From Nannocystaceae bacterium (GTDB lineage: Bacteria > Myxococcota_A > Polyangia > Nannocystales > Nannocystaceae): 60,117 nt of DNA. The position numbers and the translations under genes are program-made. Shown here one piece after another: positions 46,564 through 56,147 of this stretch (positions within the stretch are counted from its first letter, which is position 1; each line of letters begins with the position of its first letter). The stretch is taken from the NCBI GenBank assembly GCA_017996215.1, contig JAGOHL010000017.1:1-60117 (forward strand), read 5' to 3'. Below the pieces are notes generated by a model, which did not search any database, was not told the DNA's origin, and was given only the letters and a program-made list of their open reading frames with translations.

Positions 46564-47622
46564 GTGCGGGACGTGCGTCTTGCCTCGCTCGCACTCGCTG
46601 CCCTCGCGCTGGTCGCCTGCCACCGCGCGACGGCGTCCCCATCGACCACCACGCCGTCGAGCATGGTGGTGGCCATGCCAGCACGCGCGACGGTGGACCC
46701 GACGCCGGCGCCCACCGACGCGACGCCGCAGCCGATCCGCGTGGCGATCACCGTCGACGATCTGCCCTCGCACGGCCCGCGTCCCCCCGGCGTCACTCGG
46801 CTGCAGGTGCACGAGCGATTGCTCGCGGCGTTCGCGGCCCACCACGTGCCGCAGGTGTACGGCTTCATCAATGGCGGTCGCGAGGCCGACGGCGACGACG
46901 AGCGCGCGTCGCTGGCCGCGTGGGTCGCCGCCGGCCAGCCGCTTGGCAATCACACCTTCTCGCATCCGCGGCTGCGCGACATCGGCCTGGCGGCGTACCT
47001 GAAGGAGATCGACGCCAACGAGGCCGTGCTCGCGCCGCTCATGGGCGACGATCGCTGGCGGGTGTTCCGCTATCCCTACCTCTTCGAGGGCACCGATCGC
47101 GCCACCACCACGGCGATCCGCGAGCACCTCGCGAAGACCCGGCATCGCGTCGCCGAGGTCACGATCGACTTCTACGACTGGGCGTTCAACCCGCCCTACG
47201 TGCGCTGTCTGGCCAACCACGACGACACCGCCGTGCAGGCGCTGCGCGACACGTTCCTGCGCCACGCCATCCGCGTGCTGCAGTGGAACGAGGCCGCGAG
47301 CCGAGAGATCTGGGGCCGCCCGGTGGCGCACATCCTGTTGCTGCACGTCGGCGCGTTCGATGCCGAGATGATCGAGCCGCTGCTGCAGGCGTACGAGGAC
47401 CTGGGCGTGCAGTGGATCTCCCTCGACGAGGCGCTCGAGGACCCCATCTACGCGCACGTTCCGACCGCCGACGGCGTCACCCAGGGCACGCTGGTCGATC
47501 TGGCCATCGAGGTGGAGCACGCGCCGCATCCACCATGGTTCGAGCACCCCGATGCACTGCTGGCTGCGCTGTGCAAGGAGCCGCAGCCGCCCCAGCCGCG
47601 ACCCTCGAGCCGGCGTCGATGA
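46564..47622 (+). CDS. Polysaccharide deacetylase (NodB homology) family lipoprotein
   Basis: GTG start. MRDVRLASLALAALALVAC signal/lipobox. NodB motifs (VAITVDDLP, GNHTFSHP, FRYPYL). Confidence 0.82.
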   Translation: MRDVRLASLALAALALVACHRATASPSTTTPSSMVVAMPARATVDPTPAPTDATPQPIRVAITVDDLPSHGPRPPGVTRLQVHERLLAAFAAHHVPQVYGFINGGREADGDDERASLAAWVAAGQPLGNHTFSHPRLRDIGLAAYLKEIDANEAVLAPLMGDDRWRVFRYPYLFEGTDRATTTAIREHLAKTRHRVAEVTIDFYDWAFNPPYVRCLANHDDTAVQALRDTFLRHAIRVLQWNEAASREIWGRPVAHILLLHVGAFDAEMIEPLLQAYEDLGVQWISLDEALEDPIYAHVPTADGVTQGTLVDLAIEVEHAPHPPWFEHPDALLAALCKEPQPPQPRPSSRRR

Positions 47623-48899
47623 GCCCAAGCGCGGGGCTACGGCGCGTGGTCGGGATCCCCGGCGCCATCGCGATGGGCCTGGGCTCGATCGTCGGCACCG
47701 GCATCTTCGTGAGCATCGGACTGGCCGCCGAGATCGCCGGCGCGGCGGTGCTGCTCGCGGTGGTGCTGGCTGCGTGCATCGCCGCGGCCAACGGCCTCTC
47801 GAGCGCGCAGCTGGCCGCGGCCCACCCGGTCAGCGGTGGCACCTACGAGTACGGCCATCGCTACCTGTCGCCCGCCTGGGGCTTCACCGCGGGGTGGATG
47901 TTCCTGTGCGCCAAGTCGGCGAGCGCCGCCGCGGCTGCGCTCGCGCTCGCCGCCCACGTGCTGCAGCGACTCGGCCACGACGGCGCGCTGCCCCGCAGCG
48001 GACTCGCGCTCGGCGTCGTCGCGCTGCTGACCTTCGCGGTCGCCGGCGGCATGCGCCGCTCGAGTCGCATCAACGCGGTGATCGTCGGCACCACCGTGTT
48101 GGCCCTCGGAGCACTGGTCGCCACCGGCACGCCGGTCGCGCTCGCGCGCGGCGTCCATCCCGGCGTGCTCGACGATCTGCGCGCCGGCTCGGCGGCGTCG
48201 CTGCTGCACGCCACCGCGCTGATGTTCGTCGCGTACACCGGCTACGGCCGCATCGCGACCCTCGGCGAAGAGATCCGAGAGCCGGCGCGCGACATCCCGC
48301 GGGCGATCCTCGCGACCCTCGGGCTGTCGGCGCTGCTGTACACCGCCGTCACCTGGGTCGCGATCGCCACGCTCGGGGCCCCGGGGCTGGCGGCACACAC
48401 CCGCGACACCGCGGCCCCGCTCGAGGCGGTCGCGGCCGCGATCGCACCGGCGTGGCTACCCACGGTGGTCGCCGTCGGTGCGGTCGCGGCGATGGCCGGC
48501 GTGGTGCTGAACCTGCTGCTCGGCGTGTCGCGGGTGGTGCTGGCGATGGCGCGGCGCGGCGATCTGCCGACCGGGCTCGCCGCGGTCGAGGGCGTCCACG
48601 CATCGCCGGTGCGGGCGGTGCTCGCCACCGGGTCCGCGATCGCGGTGCTCGTCGCGGTGGGCGATCTGCACGCGGCGTGGAGCTTCAGCGCGTTCACGGT
48701 GTTGGTCTACTACGGCATCACCAACCTCGCGGCACTGCGGCTGCCAGCCCACGAGCGTCGGTTTCCGCGGGCGATTGCGGTGTTCGGCCTACTCGCATGT
48801 ATCGGTGTCGCGGTGTTCATCCCGTGGCACACCTGGCTCGTCGGCGTCGCGCTGCTCGGCCTGGGTGCGCTCGGTCGTCGACTCGCCCGTCGCACCTGA
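47619..48899 (+). CDS. APC family amino acid permease
   Basis: ATGA overlap with the deacetylase stop. 12 TM segments. APC signature region (GIPGAIAMGLGSIVGTGIFVS). Confidence 0.88.
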   Translation: MSPSAGLRRVVGIPGAIAMGLGSIVGTGIFVSIGLAAEIAGAAVLLAVVLAACIAAANGLSSAQLAAAHPVSGGTYEYGHRYLSPAWGFTAGWMFLCAKSASAAAAALALAAHVLQRLGHDGALPRSGLALGVVALLTFAVAGGMRRSSRINAVIVGTTVLALGALVATGTPVALARGVHPGVLDDLRAGSAASLLHATALMFVAYTGYGRIATLGEEIREPARDIPRAILATLGLSALLYTAVTWVAIATLGAPGLAAHTRDTAAPLEAVAAAIAPAWLPTVVAVGAVAAMAGVVLNLLLGVSRVVLAMARRGDLPTGLAAVEGVHASPVRAVLATGSAIAVLVAVGDLHAAWSFSAFTVLVYYGITNLAALRLPAHERRFPRAIAVFGLLACIGVAVFIPWHTWLVGVALLGLGALGRRLARRT

Positions 48900-48956
48900 C
48901 CATCCGATCATTTGACCCCGCGGGTCCGGCCGCGCGAGGCTTGGTGCAACCTGGGC

Positions 48957-51900
48957 ATGGACGCACCGCGAACACTGCGATCACTCGCGAAGGACCTCGG
49001 GCTGGAGTGGATCGACGGGCCCGCGACCGCCACGCTCGAGGCCGACATCGCCCGCGCGAATCGAGCGTTCGACAGGAACGACCACGAGAAGATCGGCTTC
49101 GGCGCCAGGGATGTCAGCACGGCCGGTGCGCTCGTGGGCGCGCTCGCGTCGCTGGTGCGCAAGCCCAACCTCGCGCCGATGCTCGCGCGCGTGCGTGCTC
49201 GCGTCGACGAGGTCACGCCGGCCGAGGGCGAGCCCACCATCGACGTCGGCGTCGGCGAAGCCATCGCCCGGGCCGCCCGCGACGACACCGACCGCGTCTT
49301 CGACGACCTCTTCCTCGCCCGCGCGCTCCTCGAGCAACCCGGCGAGCTCGTGCACGGCGGTCTCGCGCCGTTCGGGCTCTCGGCCGAGGCGCTACGGCGC
49401 GGGCTGGACGATGCACTCGCGCTCGAGCTCGACGGCGAACGCGATCGACCGCTCGCCGACAACCAACGCGAGCTCGACGACGCGGTGTTCCGTGCCGCCG
49501 GCCGTCGGCTCGGCGACCTCGGCGAGGCCGCGCGGTGGCTCGAGCGCGGCCACGACGGCGACGAGGCGATGTACGCCGCCGGTAGCCCGAGCGCGCGACG
49601 CATCGGCTCGCACCGCGCGCTGCGACGACACGCGCGCAGCAACGGTGAGCTCCGCCTGGTGCCGCGGTTGCTGGCCGATTTCGCGTTCTCGGACGCGGCC
49701 CGCGAGGTGCTGGGGCTGGCCGATCGCTTACGCGGCGATGCTCGACACGTCCACGTCGAGCACCTGATGGTCGCGCTCTACGACGCCAAGGCGAGTCCCG
49801 CCCGCGCGGCGTTCGATCGAGCCGGCGTCTCGCGCGACGCCATGCTCGCGCGGCTGCACGGCAGCGAGCTCGCCGAGCAGCGCTCGGCAACCTACGTCGC
49901 CAGCGAGCGCGTACCGCCGCTGTCGTCCCATGCCGCGCTCGCGCTGGTCCACGCCGCGCGGCACGCCGCGAACCGCGGCGATGCGACCCTCCGCGGTCGC
50001 GATCTGCTCACCGGCGTGTTCGCGGTCGAGGGCTGCCACATCGTCGAGAAGTTCACCGACGTCCGCGTCGCGCTGGCCAGCGGACCCGCGCCCGCGCGCG
50101 AGCCCGACGAGACTCGGACCCCCGCCGCGCCGCAGCATCCGATGGTCGTCGCGTCGAGCGTGGCGCGCTTCGGCGGCGACGGCCTCGACGGCCCCGACGT
50201 GCTCGGCTTCACGCTCGAGGTCGATGCGCTCGCGCGCTTGATTGCCTCGGAGGGCATCGATCCGCCGCTGTCGATCGGGCTCTTCGGTGAGTGGGGCTCG
50301 GGCAAGAGCTACTTCATGCGACGCCTGCGCGAGCGGATCGAGCAGCTCGCGGCCGCCACCCGCCGTCGCCGTGAGCGCGACGACGTGCCGCCACCGGCGT
50401 ACGTGGGCCACGTGGTGCAGGTCGAGTTCAACGCGTGGAACTACGTCGAGGTCGATCTGTGGGCGAGCCTGGTCGCGCACATCTTCGATCGGCTGCACGC
50501 CCACGTGATCGACGAGCCCGGCCTCGAGCAGCGCCAGTGGGAGAGCTTGCTGCACCGCCTCGACGACGCCGAGAACCGCCGCCACGATGCCAAGCAGGCG
50601 CTCGAGCTGGCGCAAGCGCGGCTCGACATGCGCCGCCGCGAGCAGGCGGCCCGCGAGCGCACGCTCGCCTATCAGATCGAGATCCTCCGCCGCCACGCCA
50701 AGCTCAAGCGACCGATCGCGGAGATCGAGGGCACGCTCGGCATCGCGGCCGCGCGCGAGTTGTGGGACGCGATCGTGCTCCGCAGCAGCCGCGCGACCGC
50801 GGTCATCAAGGCCATGCCCGACTCGCTGCGGGCGGCACGATCGCTGTTCACCGGTCCGGCAGCGTGGTGGCTCATGGCTGCGATCGTGCTCGTGATCGGC
50901 GGCTTGCTGCTGGCGCGCCAGCTCGAGTGGCTGCCCGATCTCGCGGCGGTGGCCGCCGCGATGCCGCTGCTGCTGGCGTGGGTGCGCAAGGCGCTCGGCC
51001 GTAGCGACGCGCTGCTCGCCGCCATCGAGGCGTTCCAAGAGGGGCTGCTCGAGCTCGAGCGCTCGAAGCAGGAGGTCGATCGTGAGGCACTCGAGCGCCT
51101 GCGCGACGACGCGATGGCGGTCGAACAGGCCCGCGCCGAGCACGACGCCGAGCGGGCGCGCGTCGACTCGTTGCGCGACGAGATCGCGCGGCTGTACCCC
51201 GGTGAGCAGCTCGCCGATTTCCTGGCCGATCGCGCGGCCAGCAGCGACTACCGCCGCCACCTCGGCCTGCCCGCGCTGGTGCGACGCGACTTCGAGCGGC
51301 TCGGCCGACTGGTGCGGCCGCACACCCACCGCCTACCACGCGATCACGTGACCGGCCTCGCACTGGCCCAGGCGCCGCAGCACCTACTCGACATGCTGCA
51401 TCGCCTCGAGCCCGACGCGACCGAACCGTTCGAGGTCGTGCGAGTCGAGCGGTCCGGCGACCGCGTGCGAGCGTTCGCACCCGACGGGCGCTGCGCGATC
51501 TTCAGTTGCTGCGAGCCGATCGAGGGTGACGAGCACCCTGCGCCCTACGAGATCGATCTGCGCTCCGTCGACGACGAGCCGCTCGGGGGCCCCCGCGACG
51601 AGCTGGGCCGCCTGGGTCGGCGCGTGCCGGAGCGCCTGGTCGACGGCCTGCGACCCGCGATGATTCCCGCGCGTCTCGCCGAGCTGCTGCGCCGCGATGC
51701 GCCGCTGCGGGGCGAGCGACTCGTGCACGACACCACCCTCGACCGCTGGGTGCTGACCGATCACGACGGCGCCCGCCGGGTCGAGATCGGCTTCGACGGC
51801 GAGCTCGCGATCGTCGAGATCGGTTGGCCGATGCACCCGACGATCGAGCGCATCGTGCTGTACATCGATGATCTGGATCGCTGCCCGCCCGAGCGCGTGG

Positions 51901-53006
51901 TCGAGGTGCTGGGCGCGGTGCACCTGCTGCTGGCGTTCCCGCTGTTCGTGGTGGTGGTGGCCGTCGACGAGCGCTGGCTGGTGGGCTCACTCGAGGATCA
52001 GCACGCCCAGCAGCTGCGACCCGCCGCGGCCCCGAACGCCGGCAACACGCTCGCGATGGGCGCGTTCGACGGTCTCGCGACCCCCCGCGACTACCTCGAG
52101 AAGATCTTCCAGATCCCGTACTGGGTGCCGCGCATGACCACCGCGTCGGCGCGCGACCTCATCGCCGACATGGTCGCGCAGGGCGAGCGCATCGAGCTGC
52201 CGCGCGCCGACCCGACCCGCGTGGTGTGGGTGGATCGCCCGCGACCGAGCTCGACGCCGCCGCCCGCGGACGGCCCCCTGCCCGAGGCCGAGACCGCGCC
52301 GGCCGAGGTCCCGGGCCCCGACGTGGAGGACGAGCCGAGCGGTGGCAGCGTCCCGGGACCCGACGTCGAGTCCAGCGAGGGTGACGACGGCGGCATGCCG
52401 GGCTTCATGAGCCTCGCCGGTACCGCGGTGAGCAACGCGGTCGAGGCGATCTCGGAGGCGTTCTCCGGCGCCGCCGAGCCCACCGCCGCGCCGACGACGG
52501 ACGACGAGTCGGGCGCCGACGACGAGCTGCTCCGCGTGCAGCCGATCTCGATCGGCGAGCGCGAGCGACTGGCGCTGCAGGCCCTGGTGCCGTTGGTGCA
52601 GAAATCGCCGCGCGCGGTGAAGCGCTTCGTCAACGTCTATCGCGTCATCCGCAGCACGCTCGGTGATCAGGCCGACGTCTTCATGCAGCACGACGACGAC
52701 GAGGTGCCGTTCGGACCCGCGACCGTGCTCATCGCGATGATGGTCGGCGACCCCGAGGCCGGCGCCTCGTTGATCGCCGCGCTCGAGCAGGACGGTGACG
52801 ACGACGGCTCGCTGCACGACAGCATGCAGCGGTGGATCGACGCCAAGCCGACGCTCGGCGAGGCCACGAGCATGGCGCTCACGCTCGCGCTGACTCGCGC
52901 CGGCTGGGCTCGGCAGCGTCGGGTCGATCTGCGGGGCGTGGTCGGTCGCGTGCGCCGCTTCTCGTTCGGCGCGCGCAACCTCGGCGTCGGCCAGCAGCGA
53001 CACTGA
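48957..53006 (+). CDS. KAP-family P-loop NTPase (transmembrane NTPase) with ~440-aa N-terminal Clp_N-like repeat module; 1349 aa
   Basis: Walker A LFGEWGSGKSYFMRRL. TM hairpin inserted in the NTPase domain (WWLMAAIVLVIGGLLLARQ...LAAVAAAMPLLLAWV). Walker B hhhhYIDDLDRC (RIVLYIDDLDRCPPERVVEVLGAVHLLLAFPLFVVVVAVDERWL). C-terminal KAP signature QKSPRAVKRFVNVYRVIRS. N-terminal region contains three Clp_N-like repeats (e.g. HVEHLMVALYDAKASPARAAFDRAGVSRDAMLARL). Confidence 0.85.
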   Translation: MDAPRTLRSLAKDLGLEWIDGPATATLEADIARANRAFDRNDHEKIGFGARDVSTAGALVGALASLVRKPNLAPMLARVRARVDEVTPAEGEPTIDVGVGEAIARAARDDTDRVFDDLFLARALLEQPGELVHGGLAPFGLSAEALRRGLDDALALELDGERDRPLADNQRELDDAVFRAAGRRLGDLGEAARWLERGHDGDEAMYAAGSPSARRIGSHRALRRHARSNGELRLVPRLLADFAFSDAAREVLGLADRLRGDARHVHVEHLMVALYDAKASPARAAFDRAGVSRDAMLARLHGSELAEQRSATYVASERVPPLSSHAALALVHAARHAANRGDATLRGRDLLTGVFAVEGCHIVEKFTDVRVALASGPAPAREPDETRTPAAPQHPMVVASSVARFGGDGLDGPDVLGFTLEVDALARLIASEGIDPPLSIGLFGEWGSGKSYFMRRLRERIEQLAAATRRRRERDDVPPPAYVGHVVQVEFNAWNYVEVDLWASLVAHIFDRLHAHVIDEPGLEQRQWESLLHRLDDAENRRHDAKQALELAQARLDMRRREQAARERTLAYQIEILRRHAKLKRPIAEIEGTLGIAAARELWDAIVLRSSRATAVIKAMPDSLRAARSLFTGPAAWWLMAAIVLVIGGLLLARQLEWLPDLAAVAAAMPLLLAWVRKALGRSDALLAAIEAFQEGLLELERSKQEVDREALERLRDDAMAVEQARAEHDAERARVDSLRDEIARLYPGEQLADFLADRAASSDYRRHLGLPALVRRDFERLGRLVRPHTHRLPRDHVTGLALAQAPQHLLDMLHRLEPDATEPFEVVRVERSGDRVRAFAPDGRCAIFSCCEPIEGDEHPAPYEIDLRSVDDEPLGGPRDELGRLGRRVPERLVDGLRPAMIPARLAELLRRDAPLRGERLVHDTTLDRWVLTDHDGARRVEIGFDGELAIVEIGWPMHPTIERIVLYIDDLDRCPPERVVEVLGAVHLLLAFPLFVVVVAVDERWLVGSLEDQHAQQLRPAAAPNAGNTLAMGAFDGLATPRDYLEKIFQIPYWVPRMTTASARDLIADMVAQGERIELPRADPTRVVWVDRPRPSSTPPPADGPLPEAETAPAEVPGPDVEDEPSGGSVPGPDVESSEGDDGGMPGFMSLAGTAVSNAVEAISEAFSGAAEPTAAPTTDDESGADDELLRVQPISIGERERLALQALVPLVQKSPRAVKRFVNVYRVIRSTLGDQADVFMQHDDDEVPFGPATVLIAMMVGDPEAGASLIAALEQDGDDDGSLHDSMQRWIDAKPTLGEATSMALTLALTRAGWARQRRVDLRGVVGRVRRFSFGARNLGVGQQRH

Positions 53007-53014
53007 CGCTGGCG

Positions 53015-53536
53015 TCACGCGCCCGGATCGAGCTCGCCGGGTGGCGGATCGGTGCCCGGCGGCTTGCTCGGCCCGCCTTCGCTGGGATCGAGCTGACCGG
53101 GGGCGCCGCCGCCGGGCGATGGCACCTCGACGGTGTGCAGCTGACACCCGCCGCAACTCTGGCCGTCGTCGGAGATGCCCGAGCACTGACCGCTGCAGGT
53201 GAGCACGCGGTCGCTGCCGCCCGCCTCGCAGGCCTGGGCCTCGCTGCACCCACTGGCGCAGCGACACTGGAAGCCGGTCACGCCGTCGTCGAGGTAGACG
53301 ACGCCGTTCTTCGGATCGATTTCGTAGTCGACGCCATCGGCGAGCACGATCTCGGTGGTGGACTTGACGGCGTAGGTCTTGGTCTGGGAGCCGACCTGCA
53401 CGACGTCGTCGTCGCTGCACTCGGTGACGTCGTCGAGCTTGCCGCCGCGTAGCTCGAGACTGTCGTCGTCGTCGAGCGCCGCGCAGCCGAGGCCGCCCAA
53501 GAACATCGAGAGGAGGATCGAGGTGGTGTAGCGCAT
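53015..53536 (-). CDS. Small secreted Cys-rich lipoprotein (paralog A)
   Basis: MRYTTSILLSMFLGGLGCAALDD signal/lipobox. C..GC/C.GC.G motifs. Pro-rich tail PGQLDPSEGGPSKPPGTDPPPGELDPGA. Clear paralogy with the downstream gene. Confidence 0.62.
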   Translation of the reverse strand: MRYTTSILLSMFLGGLGCAALDDDDSLELRGGKLDDVTECSDDDVVQVGSQTKTYAVKSTTEIVLADGVDYEIDPKNGVVYLDDGVTGFQCRCASGCSEAQACEAGGSDRVLTCSGQCSGISDDGQSCGGCQLHTVEVPSPGGGAPGQLDPSEGGPSKPPGTDPPPGELDPGA

Positions 53537-53552
53537 GGGTGCTGGCTCCGCT

Positions 53553-54062
53553 TCAGAACGTGGGGTCGACCGAGCCGGGTCCGGGGTCGCTGCCCGGCGG
53601 CTTGGGGTCGGGGGTGTTGGTGGGGTCGAGCTGGCCCGAGCCGGGATCGGCCGGATTGGGCGGTGGATCGGCGCGGTGCCAGCCGCAGCCCCAGCACGGC
53701 CGACCATCGCTGCTGATGGTGCCGTCGCAGGTGCCGGTGCAGATGGCGTCGATCGGGCCGGCGCTCACCTGGCAAACGCTGCCACCGCAGCCGCCGTCGC
53801 AGCGGCAGACGTACGTCGCCGCCTTGTCGATCGTCACGGTGGTGCCGCCCTTGTCGAGCTCGATCTCGTCGCCGAGCGACTCCAACCGCGATGGCGAGCT
53901 GATGCGCGCGTATTCGTCTTCGTAGGTCTGATACGCCGCGCCCGGATCGACGCACTCGAGCGCCTCCCCGCGGAACTCGTCTGCATCGCCGCGACTGCGT
54001 GCGACCGGATCGCAGCCGATCGCGAGCGCCAGCACCCCCCACGTCCATGGTCGTCGATTCAT
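53553..54062 (-). CDS. Small secreted Cys-rich lipoprotein (paralog B)
   Basis: MNRRPWTWGVLALAIGCDP signal/lipobox. YVCRCDGGCGGSVCQ...CTGTCDGTISSDGRPCWGCGWH plus the same Pro-rich LDP/KPPG/DPGPG tail as paralog A. Confidence 0.62.
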   Translation of the reverse strand: MNRRPWTWGVLALAIGCDPVARSRGDADEFRGEALECVDPGAAYQTYEDEYARISSPSRLESLGDEIELDKGGTTVTIDKAATYVCRCDGGCGGSVCQVSAGPIDAICTGTCDGTISSDGRPCWGCGWHRADPPPNPADPGSGQLDPTNTPDPKPPGSDPGPGSVDPTF

Positions 54063-54159
54063 GCGCAGCTAGACCCGGCGGCGAGGATTTCGATCGTGCA
54101 AAGTGCCCGCGACCCGCGGGGCCGAGAGAACCTTTGCCGCCAGCCGCTGTCCTCGCTTC

Positions 54160-55254
54160 GTGCGTCTTCGCCTGGCCACCTCGATGCTCCTGCTGCCGTG
54201 CTGCACGCCCGTCGTGGCCGCCCCCCGGTCGACCACCCCCGCGCAGACCACTCCCGCGCAGACCACTCCCGCGCAGACCGAGGCTGCTCCGATCGCGGCC
54301 GCCGACGACGACCCCGCGACGCCGCGCTGGTGCATCCCGAGCGCTCCACCGCCGACGCCACCCGGTCCGAGCGTCGCCCACTACGATTGCCAGCGTCACG
54401 CCACCGCGGTGGTCCGCGCGGTCGATGCCCGACTGCGCAAGCTGTGGACTCCCGCGCGCTCGCCCAGCCGGCTCGAGATCCATCGCACCTGCGATCCGCT
54501 CGCCGACACGATCACCCGCGTGGTGATCGAGAGTGGCTACGGCCACGGCTTCAGCCTGCACCTGTGGCAGCTCGAGCGCACCGACGACCGCGACTGGGCG
54601 GTATCGCGGCTCGACTACCGCGGCGACAGTGCCGATGGCGTCGCGAGCGTCGGTCGCGTCGGCGCACGCGTGATCGATCCGCTCCTCGCGGCCTCGCGCG
54701 TCGCGTTGGTGTCCGACGCGTTCGAGGTCACGCTGCCGTCGGAGGGACTCAGCCTGACCGCGGCGATGGGCTCCGGCGACTTCCATCGCGTCGTGCGCCT
54801 CGAAGACGACGACGGCGACGTGCTCGAGCGCCGCTTCACCGGCTACCCCGGCAACGGCCTCGAGGAGGCGCCCGTGGTGGTCGCCAGCGACGCGCTGCTC
54901 GAGGTGCTCGAGGCGGTGCCGCTCGCCGAGCGCCCCGCCGAGCCAGTCGATCGCGGGTTCTTCGTCGAGCGCTACGCCGCCGCCGCGCCCCACTTCGACG
55001 ACGAGTTCTTCTGGTGGGTCACCGAGCGCTACATCGTGATGGCGCGCTCGTTCGGGCAGGCCTCGCTGATCCCGAGCCTGGTCGAGCGCGCCACCAAGCC
55101 CGGCGAGCACTCGGTCGCGCGCGCGCGTGAGACCGCCGTCGCCGCGCTCGCGGCGGTGACGGGCCACGACCTGCGTGTCGGTGCCGACGGCAAGCCCCGC
55201 GCGCTCGAGCTCGCGGCGGCCGACTACGCCGCGGCATGCCTGCCGGTTCGCTAG
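54160..55254 (+). CDS. Hypothetical secreted protein with (TPAQT)3 repeat
   Basis: GTG 54160 gives (M)RLRLATSMLLLPCCTPVVAAP, a signal-like segment; alternative starts at 54103 and 54184. 15-bp tandem repeat cccgcgcagaccact x3. No known domain. Confidence 0.55.
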   Translation: MRLRLATSMLLLPCCTPVVAAPRSTTPAQTTPAQTTPAQTEAAPIAAADDDPATPRWCIPSAPPPTPPGPSVAHYDCQRHATAVVRAVDARLRKLWTPARSPSRLEIHRTCDPLADTITRVVIESGYGHGFSLHLWQLERTDDRDWAVSRLDYRGDSADGVASVGRVGARVIDPLLAASRVALVSDAFEVTLPSEGLSLTAAMGSGDFHRVVRLEDDDGDVLERRFTGYPGNGLEEAPVVVASDALLEVLEAVPLAERPAEPVDRGFFVERYAAAAPHFDDEFFWWVTERYIVMARSFGQASLIPSLVERATKPGEHSVARARETAVAALAAVTGHDLRVGADGKPRALELAAADYAAACLPVR

Positions 55255-55418
55255 TGACCCACCACAATCGCTGTGTCGAGGTACTAGTCGGGCTGCACGC
55301 GCGTCGATGGTGCGCCGGGCGGCGTGTCGGCCAAGCCGTGGGCCATCGGCCAATCTGCTGACCACTCGGCTGCCGGGCTGGCACCGCAGCACCATCCTCG
55401 TCTCGAAGGAGAGAGACG

Positions 55419-56147
55419 ATGACCATGGACATGCACGACGAGATCGCGATCGTCACCGGGGCGAGCCGCGGGCTCGGGCTGGCACTGTCGCACGCGCTGG
55501 CACGACGCGGAGCGAAGGTCGCCATGCTCGCCCGCGACGAGGACGCGCTGGCACGGGCGGCGCGCGAGGTCGGCGAGTTCGGCGAGGTGCTGGCGATCGC
55601 CGCCGACATCGGTGATCCCACCCAGGCGCCGTCGATCGCCGCTCGCGTCGCGGCGCGCTTCGGGCCGGCGACCCTCGTGGTGCACAACGCCAGCACGCTG
55701 GGCGCGGTGCCGCTGCAGCTGCTGGCCGACACCGACCCGCGGATGTTCGCCGCGACGATGGCGACCAATCTCATCGGCCCGTTCGCGCTGTCCCATGCCG
55801 TGGTCGGATCGATGGTGCTGCGCGGGCACGGCACGCTGGTGCACATCAGCTCCGACGCAGCGGTCGAGCCGTATCCGCGCTGGGGCGCCTATGCGGTGTC
55901 GAAGGCTGGCCTCGATCACCTCGCGCGCATCTGGGCCGCGGAGCTCGACGGCACCGGGGTGCGAGTGCTCGCGATCGACCCCGGCGAGATGGACACGCAG
56001 ATGCACGCCGACGCGATCCCCGACGCCGACCGCGGCACGCTGGCACGCCCGAGCGACGTGGCCGCGCGCATCGTCGCACTGCTCGGCCGAAGCGAGCGCG
56101 CCTTGCCCGTGCGCTTGCAGGCCGCCGACATCGAGGTGACGACATGA
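55419..56147 (+). CDS. SDR family NAD(P)-dependent oxidoreductase
   Basis: RBS GGAGAGAG upstream. TGASRGLGLALSHALARRGAKV (TGxxxGxG). NASTLG. Catalytic YxxxK (YAVSK). Confidence 0.9.
   Translation: MTMDMHDEIAIVTGASRGLGLALSHALARRGAKVAMLARDEDALARAAREVGEFGEVLAIAADIGDPTQAPSIAARVAARFGPATLVVHNASTLGAVPLQLLADTDPRMFAATMATNLIGPFALSHAVVGSMVLRGHGTLVHISSDAAVEPYPRWGAYAVSKAGLDHLARIWAAELDGTGVRVLAIDPGEMDTQMHADAIPDADRGTLARPSDVAARIVALLGRSERALPVRLQAADIEVTT

Noticed and set aside
46183-47628. 481-aa minus-strand ORF
   Set aside because: Antisense to the polysaccharide deacetylase and DUF2167 region, with junk composition.
53278-55395. 705-aa minus-strand ORF
   Set aside because: Antisense to the 54160-55254 gene and out of frame with the two small Cys-rich lipoprotein genes. 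Ala/Arg/Gly-rich.
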